Shown one piece after another: positions 32,262-43,743 of a DNA stretch of 64,000 nt. The stretch is taken from contig JBMHBP010000023.1 in assembly GCA_049890295.1 (NCBI GenBank), forward strand, positions 164,531 to 228,530. Direction: 5' to 3'. The translations under genes and the position numbers were made by a program. Source of the DNA: Flavobacteriales bacterium (GTDB lineage Bacteria; Bacteroidota; Bacteroidia; Flavobacteriales; UBA7312). The notes beneath the pieces are model-generated. The model had not been told where the DNA came from and ran no database searches. It worked only from the letters and a program-made list of their open reading frames with translations. Each line of letters starts with the position of its first letter. Positions within the stretch are counted from its first letter, which is position 1.

Positions 32262-32746
32262 TTAAAATTAAATGTTTTAAGTTGTTCTTGAGTTAATTTT
32301 CCATTATACCAATCTGTACTTATGTCGGCATTGTATTTCTTGTAAAAACGTATGGCGTCTATATTCCAGTCTAAAACTTGCCAAATCATCCCTTTGACAT
32401 CTAGTAATTGAGCTATTTTAATAGTTTCTTCAAATAGTAAGGCACCAATTCCTTTTTTTCTGTACTCAGACTTTACCACAAAGTCCTCTAAAAATAAAAA
32501 CCGACCTTTCCATGTAGAATAACGAATAAAATAAAAAGAAAGACCAACGATCTTTTTATCGACTTCTGCTATTAAAAACCAGTAGTATGGACGCTCACCA
32601 AAACCATCATTTTCAAGATCTTCGATAGTTACTGTAACTTCATCTAAGGCTTTTTCAAATTCAGCCAACTCTTTTATTAGGGATAAAACAGATGGCAAAT
32701 CAGATTTAATACCTTTTCTAATGTTTACAATCATAATCTGATACAA
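32258..32746 (-). CDS. GNAT-family N-acetyltransferase
   Basis: 162 aa with the acetyl-CoA-binding motif RKKGIGALLFEE. It overlaps the lysC start by 4 nt. Confidence 0.85.
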   Translation of the reverse strand: MYQIMIVNIRKGIKSDLPSVLSLIKELAEFEKALDEVTVTIEDLENDGFGERPYYWFLIAEVDKKIVGLSFYFIRYSTWKGRFLFLEDFVVKSEYRKKGIGALLFEETIKIAQLLDVKGMIWQVLDWNIDAIRFYKKYNADISTDWYNGKLTQEQLKTFNFK

Positions 32747-32817
32747 AGTTAATTATTTTTGAACGCTATTATTAGATGAAAAATTCGATATTTGCCAAGA
32801 ATTTGATAATTTAGTTT

Positions 32818-33816
32818 ATGGCTAAAATCACCACATTAGCGGAATTTATAACCGAACAGCAAATTTTAAAACCAGAAGCTACAGGAAACTTAACACGACT
32901 TCTGTATGATATTTCAATTGCTGCAAAAATTGTAAATAGAGAAATTAATAAAGCCGGCTTAGTCGATATTTTAGGTGAAATAGGCGATGAAAATATCCAA
33001 GGTGAGCCAGTAAAAAAATTAGACATATATGCCAATAATGCTTTTATTTCCTCACTCAATGCTGGTGGGCAATGTGCGGCAATAGCTTCTGAAGAAAATG
33101 AAGAGATTATTGTTTTAGATAATGCAAAATCTAAAAATGCAAAGTATCTCTTATGTATTGATCCTCTTGATGGGTCATCGAATATAGACGTAAATGTATC
33201 GGTTGGGACAATTTTCTCTGTTTTAAAAAGAAAAAATCCTAATAAGAAAGTAACTGAAGATGAGTTTTTTGTGAAAGGAACTGAACAAGTAGCAGCGGGT
33301 TATGTCATTTATGGATCATCAACTATGTTAGTATACACTACAGGCAATGGTGTGAATGGCTTCACACTTGACCCTTCTATTGGTGAGTTTTGCCTCTCTC
33401 ATGCTAATATAAAAACACCATTGAATGGTGAAATTTATTCTGTGAACGAAGCCAATCAAAATGTAATGCCAGAAGGTGTAAAATCATTTACCCATCATTG
33501 TCAAAAAACTATTGATGGCAAACGTACTCATACTGCACGTTTCATGGGTTCATTAGTAGCAGACTTTCACAGAAATATGCTCAAAGGTGGTATTTATATT
33601 TATCCAAACACAAGGCATGCACCTAAGGGACGGTTGAGATTATTATATGAATGTTCACCACTAGCATGGATAATTGAAGAGGCTGGCGGAAAAGCATCTG
33701 ACGGATTTAAACGAATTTTAGATTTAAAAGCAGAAGACCTACATCAGAGAGTTCCTTTTTTTATTGGCTCTAAAGAAATGGTTGAAAAGGCTGAACAATT
33801 CATGAAAGATAATTGA
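32818..33816 (+). CDS. fbp: Fructose-1,6-bisphosphatase, class 1
   Basis: 332 aa with the motifs [40 protein letters not shown] and [19 protein letters not shown]. Confidence 0.95.
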   Translation: MAKITTLAEFITEQQILKPEATGNLTRLLYDISIAAKIVNREINKAGLVDILGEIGDENIQGEPVKKLDIYANNAFISSLNAGGQCAAIASEENEEIIVLDNAKSKNAKYLLCIDPLDGSSNIDVNVSVGTIFSVLKRKNPNKKVTEDEFFVKGTEQVAAGYVIYGSSTMLVYTTGNGVNGFTLDPSIGEFCLSHANIKTPLNGEIYSVNEANQNVMPEGVKSFTHHCQKTIDGKRTHTARFMGSLVADFHRNMLKGGIYIYPNTRHAPKGRLRLLYECSPLAWIIEEAGGKASDGFKRILDLKAEDLHQRVPFFIGSKEMVEKAEQFMKDN

Positions 33817-36800
33817 AAACTTATCCATTAACAGAACTTTATAAAGACCACCAATGTATCAAAGGTCTTGTCAATTGTTTTGAGAATAATTCAATCTCCA
33901 AATATCATATTAAAAACCTAATAGGTTCACAACAAGCATTAATAGTATCACAAGCTATCAAAAGCCTTAAAAACCCAATGTTGTTTGTACTTGAAGATAA
34001 AGAACAAGCAGCCTACTTTCTGAATGACCTTGAAACCCTCTCTAAAAAAAGAGCACTATTTTATCCAAGTTCATATAGAAGACCTTACCAACTAGAAGAA
34101 ACTGATAACGCAAATGTACTTCTTCGAACAGAGGTTTTAAAAACCTTAAACCATCAATCTCAACCCTTAATTGTCAGTTATCCCGAAGCTATTTTTGAAA
34201 AAGTGATCAGTCAAGAACAACTCAAACAAAATTCTTTTGACATACAAGTTGGCGATTCCATTTCAATTGACTTTTTAAACGACTGTCTTCAAGAGTATGA
34301 TTTTAAACGTGTTGATTTTGTTATAGAACCAGGTCAATATTCCATTCGTGGCGGTATAGTTGATATTTTTTCATTTTCTAATGAGTTTCCTTACAGAATT
34401 GAATTTTTTGATGAAGATGTTGAAAGCATAAGGACGTTTGACATCAATTCTCAACGGTCTACAGACAAACAATCTATTATGTCTATTGTACCTAAGTTTC
34501 CTGTTTTCAGTGATAATGAACAAGAGAGTATTTTAGAATTTTTACCAAAGAATACAACTGTTTGGATAAATGGTGTTGAATCTTGTCAAAATAAACTGAA
34601 TAAACTTTATGAAAAAGCGATTAGTCACTTTGATGACCTAAAAGAAAATACAATAAAACACATTAATCCAAATCGATTATTTTTGAATGGTGAGACTTTT
34701 TTGAAACAAGTCGATAAAAAAAATGTTGTTGAGTTTGGTAACCAATTTTTCTTTGAAGCTAGTGACTCCTATGAGTTTCGATCATCACCTCAACCCTCCT
34801 TCAACAAGCAGTTTGAATTACTCATAGAAGATCTACGAGATTCTCACCAAAAGGGCTACAAGAATATCATCTTGTGCTCAAGTAAAGAGCAAATTAAACG
34901 GTTTAATAGTATTGTAGCTGATACTGAAAAAGAAATTGTAATTGAGACATACATTAGTAGTTTGAGTAGCGGCTTTATTGATCATCAATTGAAATTATGT
35001 TGCTATACAGATCATCAAATTTTTGAGCGGTATCATAAATTTCGATTGAAATCAAGTTTTGCTAACAATGAAAAAATCACTCTACAGCAGTTAAATCGTC
35101 TTGAACCAGGCGACTTTGTCACGCATATCGATCATGGCATAGGAAAATTTGCTGGACTTCATGCCATAGAGGTCAATAATAAAAAACAAGAAGCCATTAA
35201 ATTACTCTATAAAGATGGTGACACCTTGTTTATCAGCATTCATTCATTGCATAAAATTTCAAAATATAGTGCAAAAGATGGCGTTGAACCAAAGACAAAT
35301 AAACTAGGCTCAGGGGCTTGGCAAAAAACTAAAGCCAAAACTAAAAAACGTGTCAAGACTATAGCATACGATCTCATACAATTGTATGCAAAACGAAAAG
35401 AACAAAAGGGATTCGAATATTCTCCAGATAGCTTTCTTCAACATGAGTTAGAAGCCTCATTTATGTATGAGGATACGCCTGATCAATACAAGGCTACTGT
35501 AGACGTCAAAAATGATATGGAAAGTATTACTCCCATGGATAGACTCGTATGTGGAGATGTTGGCTTTGGAAAAACGGAGGTAGCTATTCGAGCAGCATTC
35601 AAAGCTGTAACAGACAATAAGCAAGTGGCCCTACTTGTCCCTACCACCATTTTAGCAATGCAACATGCTAAAACATTTAGAAAACGACTAAAAGATCTAC
35701 CTTGTAAGGTAAATTATATTAATAGGTTCAGAACAGCAAAAGAGCAAAAAGAAATTTTAGAATCTACTGCTAAAGGTGAACTTGATATTTTAATTGGCAC
35801 ACACCGACTTGTCGGAAAAGATGTCAAGTTTAAAGATTTAGGACTGCTTATTATTGATGAGGAGCAAAAATTCGGTGTAGCTGTAAAAGATAAATTAAAA
35901 ACGTTTAAAGCAAACATTGATACACTTACTTTATCAGCCACTCCTATACCTAGAACTTTACAATTTTCACTCATGGGAGCTAGGGATTTATCCATAATAA
36001 AAACTCCTCCTGCTAATCGATATCCAATAGAAACACAAGTTACGACTTTTGATGAAGAACTAATAAGAGACACTATAAGCTATGAAATATCAAGAGGAGG
36101 TCAAGTCTATTTTGTTCATAATAGAATAGAAAATATAAAAGAGGTAGCGGGTTTAATTCAACGACTTTGTCCAGATGCGAAAATAGGTGTTGGTCACGGT
36201 CAAATGGATGGAAAAGAATTGGAAAAGCTAATGATGTCTTTCATGGAAAATGAATTTGATGTTTTAGTTTCTACTACCATAATTGAAAGTGGGTTAGATA
36301 TACCAAACGCTAATACAATTATCATTAATAACGCCAATAACTTTGGGCTCAGCGACCTTCATCAACTTAGAGGAAGAGTAGGTCGAAGTAATAAAAAATC
36401 ATTTTGTTATTTATTAGCTCCACCCACCTATTCTTTAACTGCTGATGCTCGAAAACGTCTAAATGCACTTGAACAATTTTCAGAACTTGGCAGTGGGTTT
36501 AATATTTCAATGAGGGATCTAGACATTAGAGGTGCTGGCGACTTACTGGGAGCCGAACAAAGTGGCTTTATTAGTGATATTGGATTTGAAATGTATCAAA
36601 AAATACTGGATGAATGTATTAATGAACTGAAAGATAGTGAGTTCAAAGAACTCTACAAAGACAGTGATCAATCCACTGTTATTAGTGAATGTTTAATTGA
36701 TACAGATATGGAAATCTTAATTCCTAATCAATACGTTAGTAGTATTAGTGAGCGCTTATCCCTTTACAACGAGCTTAGTAATTGTAAAGAACAAAGCCAA

Positions 36801-37130
36801 CTTGAAGACATAAAACTTAAACTGACTGATCGTTTTGGCCCCATTCCATTTGAAGTAAATGAACTTATTAAGTCAGTAAATTTAAGGTGGCTTGGGCAAC
36901 AAATTGGATTTCAAAAAATTAGTTTAAAAAAATCACTTTTTACAGCTTATTTCCCCCCTCAAGATCATCCTTATTTTCAGTCACCAGCATTCGGAAAAAT
37001 TCTAAATTATTTGAAACAAAACCATAGTTTCTGTGAAATGAAAGAAATCAAAGGAAAGTTAATCTTTAGAATAAAAAATGTTACAGATATTGAAAAGGCT
37101 ATTCAGTCTTGTGAGCTTATATTAAAATAA
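33813..37130 (+). CDS. mfd: Transcription-repair coupling factor Mfd
   Basis: 1105 aa with a UvrB-homology N-terminus and a CarD-like RID ([14 protein letters not shown]). Helicase motifs are [31 protein letters not shown] and QLRGRVGRS, followed by a TRCF C-domain. Confidence 0.95.
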   Translation: MKTYPLTELYKDHQCIKGLVNCFENNSISKYHIKNLIGSQQALIVSQAIKSLKNPMLFVLEDKEQAAYFLNDLETLSKKRALFYPSSYRRPYQLEETDNANVLLRTEVLKTLNHQSQPLIVSYPEAIFEKVISQEQLKQNSFDIQVGDSISIDFLNDCLQEYDFKRVDFVIEPGQYSIRGGIVDIFSFSNEFPYRIEFFDEDVESIRTFDINSQRSTDKQSIMSIVPKFPVFSDNEQESILEFLPKNTTVWINGVESCQNKLNKLYEKAISHFDDLKENTIKHINPNRLFLNGETFLKQVDKKNVVEFGNQFFFEASDSYEFRSSPQPSFNKQFELLIEDLRDSHQKGYKNIILCSSKEQIKRFNSIVADTEKEIVIETYISSLSSGFIDHQLKLCCYTDHQIFERYHKFRLKSSFANNEKITLQQLNRLEPGDFVTHIDHGIGKFAGLHAIEVNNKKQEAIKLLYKDGDTLFISIHSLHKISKYSAKDGVEPKTNKLGSGAWQKTKAKTKKRVKTIAYDLIQLYAKRKEQKGFEYSPDSFLQHELEASFMYEDTPDQYKATVDVKNDMESITPMDRLVCGDVGFGKTEVAIRAAFKAVTDNKQVALLVPTTILAMQHAKTFRKRLKDLPCKVNYINRFRTAKEQKEILESTAKGELDILIGTHRLVGKDVKFKDLGLLIIDEEQKFGVAVKDKLKTFKANIDTLTLSATPIPRTLQFSLMGARDLSIIKTPPANRYPIETQVTTFDEELIRDTISYEISRGGQVYFVHNRIENIKEVAGLIQRLCPDAKIGVGHGQMDGKELEKLMMSFMENEFDVLVSTTIIESGLDIPNANTIIINNANNFGLSDLHQLRGRVGRSNKKSFCYLLAPPTYSLTADARKRLNALEQFSELGSGFNISMRDLDIRGAGDLLGAEQSGFISDIGFEMYQKILDECINELKDSEFKELYKDSDQSTVISECLIDTDMEILIPNQYVSSISERLSLYNELSNCKEQSQLEDIKLKLTDRFGPIPFEVNELIKSVNLRWLGQQIGFQKISLKKSLFTAYFPPQDHPYFQSPAFGKILNYLKQNHSFCEMKEIKGKLIFRIKNVTDIEKAIQSCELILK

Positions 37131-37136
37131 TGTTCT

Positions 37137-37144
37137 TATTTTTG
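37137..37144 (+). promoter_or_regulatory. Bacteroidota -7 box (TAttTTTG) upstream of the secreted deiminase gene
   Basis: Exact TAnnTTTG match 27 nt upstream of the ATG at 37171. No TTG lies at the canonical -33 spacing. Confidence 0.3.
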
Positions 37145-37170
37145 TAAGACACCTTAATATACAGTTCAAA

Positions 37171-38988
37171 ATGAGATTTTTTATCATATTATTTCTATTT
37201 AGTTATTCATTAACATTAGCTCAATCACTTCCCAAAGGCTTTTCTCAAGATGAAAGAAGTCCAGGTTTTTTAAATAGTATAGGGGTTACCGAAAATCCTT
37301 ATGAAAACCGTTCTGGTAGTTTGAATATCTATAATGTGCCTCCTGATGAAAACGTTAGAACTATGGCTGAATGGGAAGAGATTCAAGCATTAACCATTAC
37401 TTGGAGTACAAGTTACAATATAGAAGAAGAAGCCATTTTATCTCAAATCGTCAAACATGCTGTTGAACAATGTCAGGTTATTATCATTTGTGAAAATCAA
37501 AATGTGGTGATAGATTATTTAGAAGGCCAAAATATAAACACTGAAAATGTCATACTACTAGAGTCCAATTTTAATAATATTTGGATTAGAGACTATGGTC
37601 AAAATAGTGTTTACAAGAAAGATGTTGAAGATCTCATACTTGTCGACTGGTTGTACAACAGAAATAGACCTTATGATGATTTGGTACCTGACCAAATAGC
37701 AGAATATTTAAATTTAGACCTCTACACTACTTCCGAAGCTCCTTGGGACTTAATGTCAACTGGAGGTAATTTTATGAGTGATGGTATGGGCCTAGGCTTT
37801 TCTTCCGAGCTTATTATTGATGAAAATAGTGGAGGATACGCTTGGGAAGGTCCTGAGGGAATTGTTTCTTTTCCAGATCAATCATTAATGGATATAAATG
37901 ATATTATGTTTGAGTTTATGGGTATTGAAGAATATATTCTCATGGAAACGCTACCCTTTGATGGCATTCACCATATCGATATGCACATGAAGTTATTAAA
38001 CGAGGAAACACTACTGGTTGCTGAATATCCTGAAGGAGTTGCAGACGGCCCTCAAATTGAGGCTAATTTACAATACGTCTTAGCTAATTATAACTCCTCT
38101 TTTGACACTCCATTTAAGGTAGTTCGTATTCCAAGTCCTCCAAGCAGCTCTGGTAATTATCCAGATAACAATGGTTATTATAGAACATATACCAACTCTG
38201 TTTTCATTAATAATAGTGTTTTAGTACCATTCTACAGAACGGAATACGACAGTATAGCTCAACGCATTTATGAAGAAGCTTTGCCTGGCTACAATATCAT
38301 TGGAATTGATGTAGACAATCAAGGAGAGAATTTAATCTCTTTCAGTGGTGCCATTCATTGTATTACGCACAGTGTAGGCGTTAATGATCCTCTTTTAATC
38401 CAACATCAATCGCTTGAAAATACCTATCCTCAGAATGAATATGTATTCAATGCTAATATTCAACATAGAAGTGGTATACAATCTGCAAATTTATACTGGA
38501 CAACAGATTTAAATTTAGGCTATCAGCAAGTGAGTATGACAAATACTAATGGAAATAATTGGCAAGCTACTATAACTGAAAATATTCCATCTCCTAATAC
38601 TGTTTATTATTATATCGAGGCAACTTCTAACTCTGGCAAAAGCTTAAATAGACCTTTACCAGCTCCAGCTGGCTATTTTCATTTTGAAATTTTAGAAAAT
38701 CAATCGGTTGACATTTCTACTTTTCAAGATGCAAAAATAAGTCTAGATATCTTTCCAAACCCAGCCTCAGCCATAACATGCATTCCTGTTCATTCATCTA
38801 AAGAACAAATTGGAAAATTAAGCTTGATAGATATTTATGGTAGAGAAATTTCTGTTATACATGACGGAAATATTCCTAATGGACTAAAGAATTATTTCTT
38901 AAAAGCTAATGAATTTACCAGTGGAGTTTATTTTATAATACTAAAAACTGATAACCAACTTATAAGACAAAAATTAATTATTCAATAG
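37171..38988 (+). CDS. Secreted agmatine-deiminase/Porphyromonas-type peptidylarginine-deiminase family enzyme with an Ig-like domain and T9SS CTD
   Basis: 605 aa with a signal peptide (MRFFIILFLFSYSLTLAQ). Guanidino-modifying-enzyme motifs are IWIRDYGQ, GGNFMSDG, HHIDMHMKLL and the catalytic-Cys context GAIHCITH. A beta-sandwich-like segment follows (ANLYWTTD...YYYIEATSNSG). The C-terminus is a type-A T9SS CTD (IFPNPASAITCI...IDIYGREI...GVYFIILKTDNQLIRQKLIIQ). Confidence 0.8.
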   Translation: MRFFIILFLFSYSLTLAQSLPKGFSQDERSPGFLNSIGVTENPYENRSGSLNIYNVPPDENVRTMAEWEEIQALTITWSTSYNIEEEAILSQIVKHAVEQCQVIIICENQNVVIDYLEGQNINTENVILLESNFNNIWIRDYGQNSVYKKDVEDLILVDWLYNRNRPYDDLVPDQIAEYLNLDLYTTSEAPWDLMSTGGNFMSDGMGLGFSSELIIDENSGGYAWEGPEGIVSFPDQSLMDINDIMFEFMGIEEYILMETLPFDGIHHIDMHMKLLNEETLLVAEYPEGVADGPQIEANLQYVLANYNSSFDTPFKVVRIPSPPSSSGNYPDNNGYYRTYTNSVFINNSVLVPFYRTEYDSIAQRIYEEALPGYNIIGIDVDNQGENLISFSGAIHCITHSVGVNDPLLIQHQSLENTYPQNEYVFNANIQHRSGIQSANLYWTTDLNLGYQQVSMTNTNGNNWQATITENIPSPNTVYYYIEATSNSGKSLNRPLPAPAGYFHFEILENQSVDISTFQDAKISLDIFPNPASAITCIPVHSSKEQIGKLSLIDIYGREISVIHDGNIPNGLKNYFLKANEFTSGVYFIILKTDNQLIRQKLIIQ

Positions 38989-38989
38989 G

Positions 38990-40231
38990 TTATCTTCTAA
39001 TTGCTTCAACAGGATCTAGTTTAGATGCTGAAAGTGCTGGTACGATGCCTGAAATAATTCCAATGATGATTGATACACTCAATCCTAAAAAAATATTTTC
39101 GAAGGTAAGTCCCACTTCAAAATCTGTAAAACTACCAACCAATTGAGTGAGTATGAATACTAATAGTAAACCTAAACAACCGCCAATCAAACACAGAATT
39201 ACAGCTTCAAACAAAAACTGATAGAGAATAAATATATTTTTTGCTCCAATAGCTTTCTGTATTCCAATTAACTTTGTTCGCTCTTTGACCGATACAAACA
39301 TAATGTTAGCAATTCCAAAGCCGCCTACCAAAATTGAAAAACCGCCTATAACCCAACCCGATAAGCCAATAACAGAAAACAAACTATCAAGTTGATTACT
39401 GATCAAACTGATTTCATTCATAGCAAAATTATCAGCAACTGTAGGTTTCAGTCGTCTTAAATTTCGCATAACACCAGCAAGCTCGTCACGCAATTCTTCA
39501 TTAGTAATATCTGGCTTAGCTTTAGCTATTATCACAGGGTTACTTCTTCGTTTATTCATCAATCGATTACCAAATGTTACCGGTACTACTGCAGCATCAT
39601 CTAATGAATTACCAGTAATATCTTCTCCCTCGGTTTCGAAAACGCCTATTATTTTAACCTTAACACCTTTTACTTTTACAGTCTCACCCACTACATCTAG
39701 TCTATTAAAAAGTGCTCTTGCTACCGTATTTCCTACAATAATGTAATTTTTACCACCTGCCGATTCTTGCTCTGTAAAATACCTTCCAGCAGATAACTCA
39801 AAATTTCTTATGTACTGCCAATCATACGACACTGCTAATACATCGACGCCTTGAATACTATTATTTTCAAACGTAATAGTTCGTTGAGCACTATTTAAAA
39901 AAGCGATGGCTTGAGCATTTTTTGACTTTGAGGCTAGCTTGGTCATTTCATTAATTTCGACCTCCGGCCTACTCATAAAATCCCACCACTTATACTCACC
40001 GCCGTCAGAACTGCCCCAAGGCCATTTTTGAATATAGACTACATCACTACCAAGCTTATTAATGCTATCTCTAACGTTTTTCTCCAAAGAATCAACGATA
40101 GTAAATACCGTAATTACTGCTAAAATACCTATCGTTACTCCTAATAAAGATAAAAAGGTCCTTAGTTTATTATTAATAATAGCTTGCCAAGCAAAACGTA
40201 AACTCTCTGTAAATAATCGAAGTAAAATCAT
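38990..40231 (-). CDS. ABC transporter permease, FtsX/MacB family
   Basis: 413 aa. It has an N-terminal TM helix, a large periplasmic MacB_PCD-like domain and 3 C-terminal TM helices (FtsX-like, ...KERTKLIGIQKAIGAK...). Confidence 0.85.
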   Translation of the reverse strand: MILLRLFTESLRFAWQAIINNKLRTFLSLLGVTIGILAVITVFTIVDSLEKNVRDSINKLGSDVVYIQKWPWGSSDGGEYKWWDFMSRPEVEINEMTKLASKSKNAQAIAFLNSAQRTITFENNSIQGVDVLAVSYDWQYIRNFELSAGRYFTEQESAGGKNYIIVGNTVARALFNRLDVVGETVKVKGVKVKIIGVFETEGEDITGNSLDDAAVVPVTFGNRLMNKRRSNPVIIAKAKPDITNEELRDELAGVMRNLRRLKPTVADNFAMNEISLISNQLDSLFSVIGLSGWVIGGFSILVGGFGIANIMFVSVKERTKLIGIQKAIGAKNIFILYQFLFEAVILCLIGGCLGLLLVFILTQLVGSFTDFEVGLTFENIFLGLSVSIIIGIISGIVPALSASKLDPVEAIRR

Positions 40232-40363
40232 TACAATTAATCTTCTTCAAAGATAGTTAAATTGAGACTATTCTAAAGTTATTAACAAAGGCTAAAAACA
40301 TATTAAGTGTAATTGATTCTAAAATAGTAATTAGGTAATATTGCAATAAAACTGCCCATTTTG

Positions 40364-41881
40364 ATGAACACTTTTATTCAACCCAAAAATGCCCTCATTT
40401 CTGTTTTTAACAAAGATGGTCTTGAGCCAATTATTGAACAATTAAACCGTTTAAATGTTTCAATTTATTCTACAGGTGGTACCCAAGACTATATTGAAAA
40501 ACTAGGTGTTGAAGTAAATAGAGTAGAAGACTTGACTTCCTACCCGTCCATATTAGGTGGACGAGTAAAAACTTTACACCCAAAGGTATTTGGTGGAATT
40601 CTTAGCCGAAGGGAGTTAGAAGATGATAACAATCAGTTATCTCAATATGGTATTCCAAATTTAGATTTAGTAATTGTTGACCTTTATCCTTTCGAAGATA
40701 CCGTGGCTTCTGGTGCTGATCATCAATCAATCATAGAAAAAATTGATATAGGTGGAATATCGTTAATACGAGCTGCTGCAAAAAACTACAAAGATGTTGT
40801 CGTTATTTCTTCAAAGAATGACTATTCTTCGATTTGTCATTTATTAAAAGAAAATAATGGAACCACATTGGATGATAGACTCACATTAGCAAGGAACGCT
40901 TTTCATATTTCATCTCATTATGATAGTGCTATATTTTCATATTTTGACACTGACAATACAGCGTTCAAGTATAGTATATCAAATAGTACTAGTTTGAGGT
41001 ATGGTGAAAATCCTCACCAAAAAGGAACCTATTATGGTGATCTAGATGCATTTTTTGATCAATTACATGGAAAGGCATTATCCTACAACAACCTTCTGGA
41101 CGTCGATGCTGCAATTCATATTATTTCAGAATTCAATGAAACGTCATTTGCTATTTTAAAGCATAATAACGCATGTGGTATAGCCTCAAGGAAGTTACTC
41201 AGCGAGGCTTACAAAGCAGCTTTAGCTGGAGACCCAATTTCTGCCTTTGGTGGTATTTTAATATGTAATTCAGAATTAGACCTTAAAACTGCCCAAGAAA
41301 TTAATTCACTTTTCTTTGAAATAATTATAGCACCATCCTACCAAAAAGATGCTCTTGAAAAATTGAAATCCAAGAAAAATCGCATTATATTAGTGCAGAA
41401 GGAATTTGATCTCCCAAGCCAACAATTTAGAACTATCTTAAATGGTGTTTTAGAACAAGAAAAAGACACTTTTACAGATAGTATTGAAATAATGAAAACG
41501 GTAACCAAAGTATCGCCTACTGAGCAAGAATTAGTAGATCTAGAATTTGCCAGTAAAGTTTGTAAAAACACAAAATCTAACGCTATCGTTTTAGTAAAGA
41601 ACAAGCAATTATTAGCAAGTGGAGTTGGTCAGACCTCCAGAGTAGATGCGCTTAATCATGCGATTGCAAAGGCACAGCAGTTTGGGTTTGATTTAGAAGG
41701 GTGTGTAATGGCGTCTGATGCATTTTTTCCGTTTGCAGACTGTGTTGAAATTGCAAATTCTGCAGGCGTAAAAGCCGTTATTCAACCAGGTGGATCTATA
41801 AAAGATCAGTTATCGATAGACTTTTGCGATGAACATAATATGGCAATGGTTATGACTGGCAAAAGACATTTTAAACATTAA
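40364..41881 (+). CDS. purH: Bifunctional AICAR transformylase / IMP cyclohydrolase PurH
   Basis: About 505 aa with an MGS-like N-terminus (ALISVFNKDGL...STGGT...GGRVKTLHP), IDIGG.SL.RAAAKN and a C-terminal AICARFT domain (ASDAFFPF). The track starts at TTG 40361. The adjacent ATG at 40364 is more likely. Confidence 0.95.
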   Translation: MNTFIQPKNALISVFNKDGLEPIIEQLNRLNVSIYSTGGTQDYIEKLGVEVNRVEDLTSYPSILGGRVKTLHPKVFGGILSRRELEDDNNQLSQYGIPNLDLVIVDLYPFEDTVASGADHQSIIEKIDIGGISLIRAAAKNYKDVVVISSKNDYSSICHLLKENNGTTLDDRLTLARNAFHISSHYDSAIFSYFDTDNTAFKYSISNSTSLRYGENPHQKGTYYGDLDAFFDQLHGKALSYNNLLDVDAAIHIISEFNETSFAILKHNNACGIASRKLLSEAYKAALAGDPISAFGGILICNSELDLKTAQEINSLFFEIIIAPSYQKDALEKLKSKKNRIILVQKEFDLPSQQFRTILNGVLEQEKDTFTDSIEIMKTVTKVSPTEQELVDLEFASKVCKNTKSNAIVLVKNKQLLASGVGQTSRVDALNHAIAKAQQFGFDLEGCVMASDAFFPFADCVEIANSAGVKAVIQPGGSIKDQLSIDFCDEHNMAMVMTGKRHFKH

Positions 41882-41892
41882 ATTAAAGAAGT

Positions 41893-42915
41893 ATGGGGTT
41901 TTTCGATTTTATGACACAAGAGATTGCTATTGATCTTGGAACAGCAAATACTCTAATTATTCACAACGATAAAGTTGTTGTGGACGAACCCTCAATAGTA
42001 GCTAAAGATATTATTCAGGGCAAAGTTGTAGCTATCGGTAAAAAAGCTCAGCAAATGCATGGAAAAACCCACCGAACCATTGAAACAATTAGACCTCTTA
42101 AAGATGGTGTAATTGCTGATTTCTCTGCCGCTGAACAAATGATCAGAGGAATGATTAAAATGATTCCAAGGCGTAAAACACTTTTTTCCCCTTCTCTAAA
42201 AATGGTAGTATGTATTCCTTCAGGCATCACAGAAGTTGAAAAAAGAGCGGTAAAGGACTCTGCTGAACACGCTGGTGCAAAAGAAGTATTTCTTATTCAT
42301 GAACCAATGGCTGCAGCTATAGGAATTGGAGTTGATGTATTAGAACCTAAAGGAAATATGATTATTGATATAGGTGGAGGAACTTCTGAAATTGCTGTGA
42401 TTTCGCTGGGAGGTATTGTAACTGATCGATCTATTCGAGTTGCTGGTGATAATTTCACTACTGATATTAGAATATACATGAGAAATCATCATAATATCGA
42501 TATTGGAGAACGTATGGCTGAAAAAATTAAAATTAATGTAGGAGCAGCACTTCAAGAATTAGAAGAACCACCTCCAAACTTTGCAGTTCACGGAAGAGAT
42601 TTGATGAGCGGTATACCAAAAGAAATTATTGTGACCTATAAAGAAATTGCTAGAGCTCTAGACCAAACAATTTCTCAAATAGAACAAGCAGTACTAGCCG
42701 CATTGGGACAAACACCTCCTGAACTTTCTGCTGATATTTACAATACTGGCATCTATCTTACTGGCGGCGGATCCATGCTAAGAGGTCTTGACAAACGAAT
42801 CTCTATTAAGACAAAACTTCCTGTTTATGTAGCCGAAGACCCCTTAAGAGCAGTAGCTAGGGGTACTGGTATTGCTTTAAAAAATACCGATAATTTCCCG
42901 TTTTTAATTCGTTAA
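41893..42915 (+). CDS. mreB: Rod-shape-determining actin homologue MreB
   Basis: 340 aa with the motifs IAIDLGTANTLI, IHEPMAAAIG, DIGGGTSEIAV and TGGGSMLRGLD. Confidence 0.97.
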   Translation: MGFFDFMTQEIAIDLGTANTLIIHNDKVVVDEPSIVAKDIIQGKVVAIGKKAQQMHGKTHRTIETIRPLKDGVIADFSAAEQMIRGMIKMIPRRKTLFSPSLKMVVCIPSGITEVEKRAVKDSAEHAGAKEVFLIHEPMAAAIGIGVDVLEPKGNMIIDIGGGTSEIAVISLGGIVTDRSIRVAGDNFTTDIRIYMRNHHNIDIGERMAEKIKINVGAALQELEEPPPNFAVHGRDLMSGIPKEIIVTYKEIARALDQTISQIEQAVLAALGQTPPELSADIYNTGIYLTGGGSMLRGLDKRISIKTKLPVYVAEDPLRAVARGTGIALKNTDNFPFLIR

Positions 42916-42927
42916 CTTTGGGCAAGA

Positions 42928-43743
42928 ATGCGAAACTTACTAGATTTAATAAATAAGAATAATCATTTAATTTTATTTATTATACTAGAAGTATTGGCCT
43001 TTAGTTTAATTATTCAAAATAATAATTTTCAACGTTCTGCTGTTATTAATTCTACAAATGGTATCACGTCAAGTGGTTTTAAATTGGCAAGTAATGTAAA
43101 AGATTATCTGACACTAAAAAGTACTAACGAATTACTTTTTCAGGAAAACGCTAAACTTAGAAGCCTCATTAGCTTACATCAGACTGATAGTATTAGTACA
43201 GCTAATCCCTTTTATTTTACCCCTGCAAGAATTATAAATAATTCAGTTGCAAAAGCCAATAATTATTTAACATTAGATAAAGGAAAAGTTGATGGTGTTA
43301 AAAAAGGAATGGGTGTAATTGGAGATAATATGATAGTTGGTATTATAAGAGAAACCTCAGATCATTTCAGTACAGTAATATCTATTTTACACTCTAAAAG
43401 TAAAGTGAGTATTGTTGTCAAGAAAAATAATCATTTTGGCTCTCTTGAGTGGGATGGAAAAAGTTATAAAAGAGCAAAAATAAAAGATATTCCCTCACAT
43501 GTTGATTTACAAATTGGCGATACAATAACAACAAGTGGGTTTTCTTATATTTTTCCTTCTAATTTGTCAATAGGTACAATTTACGAGATTACTACTGAAA
43601 GTGATGACAAATTTCATGATGCTAATATTCAGTTTATTGAAAATCTTAAAGAAATAAAATTTGTTACTATCTGTCAATCTATGAATAGATTTGAAAAAGA
43701 TAGTTTAGAACAACAAACAAACAATGGGGCCATTAGTAATTAG
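42928..43743 (+). CDS. mreC: Rod-shape-determining protein MreC
   Basis: 271 aa with an N-terminal TM helix, a coiled-coil (NELLFQENAKLRS) and a beta-barrel domain. Its position after mreB supports the call. Confidence 0.88.
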   Translation: MRNLLDLINKNNHLILFIILEVLAFSLIIQNNNFQRSAVINSTNGITSSGFKLASNVKDYLTLKSTNELLFQENAKLRSLISLHQTDSISTANPFYFTPARIINNSVAKANNYLTLDKGKVDGVKKGMGVIGDNMIVGIIRETSDHFSTVISILHSKSKVSIVVKKNNHFGSLEWDGKSYKRAKIKDIPSHVDLQIGDTITTSGFSYIFPSNLSIGTIYEITTESDDKFHDANIQFIENLKEIKFVTICQSMNRFEKDSLEQQTNNGAISN

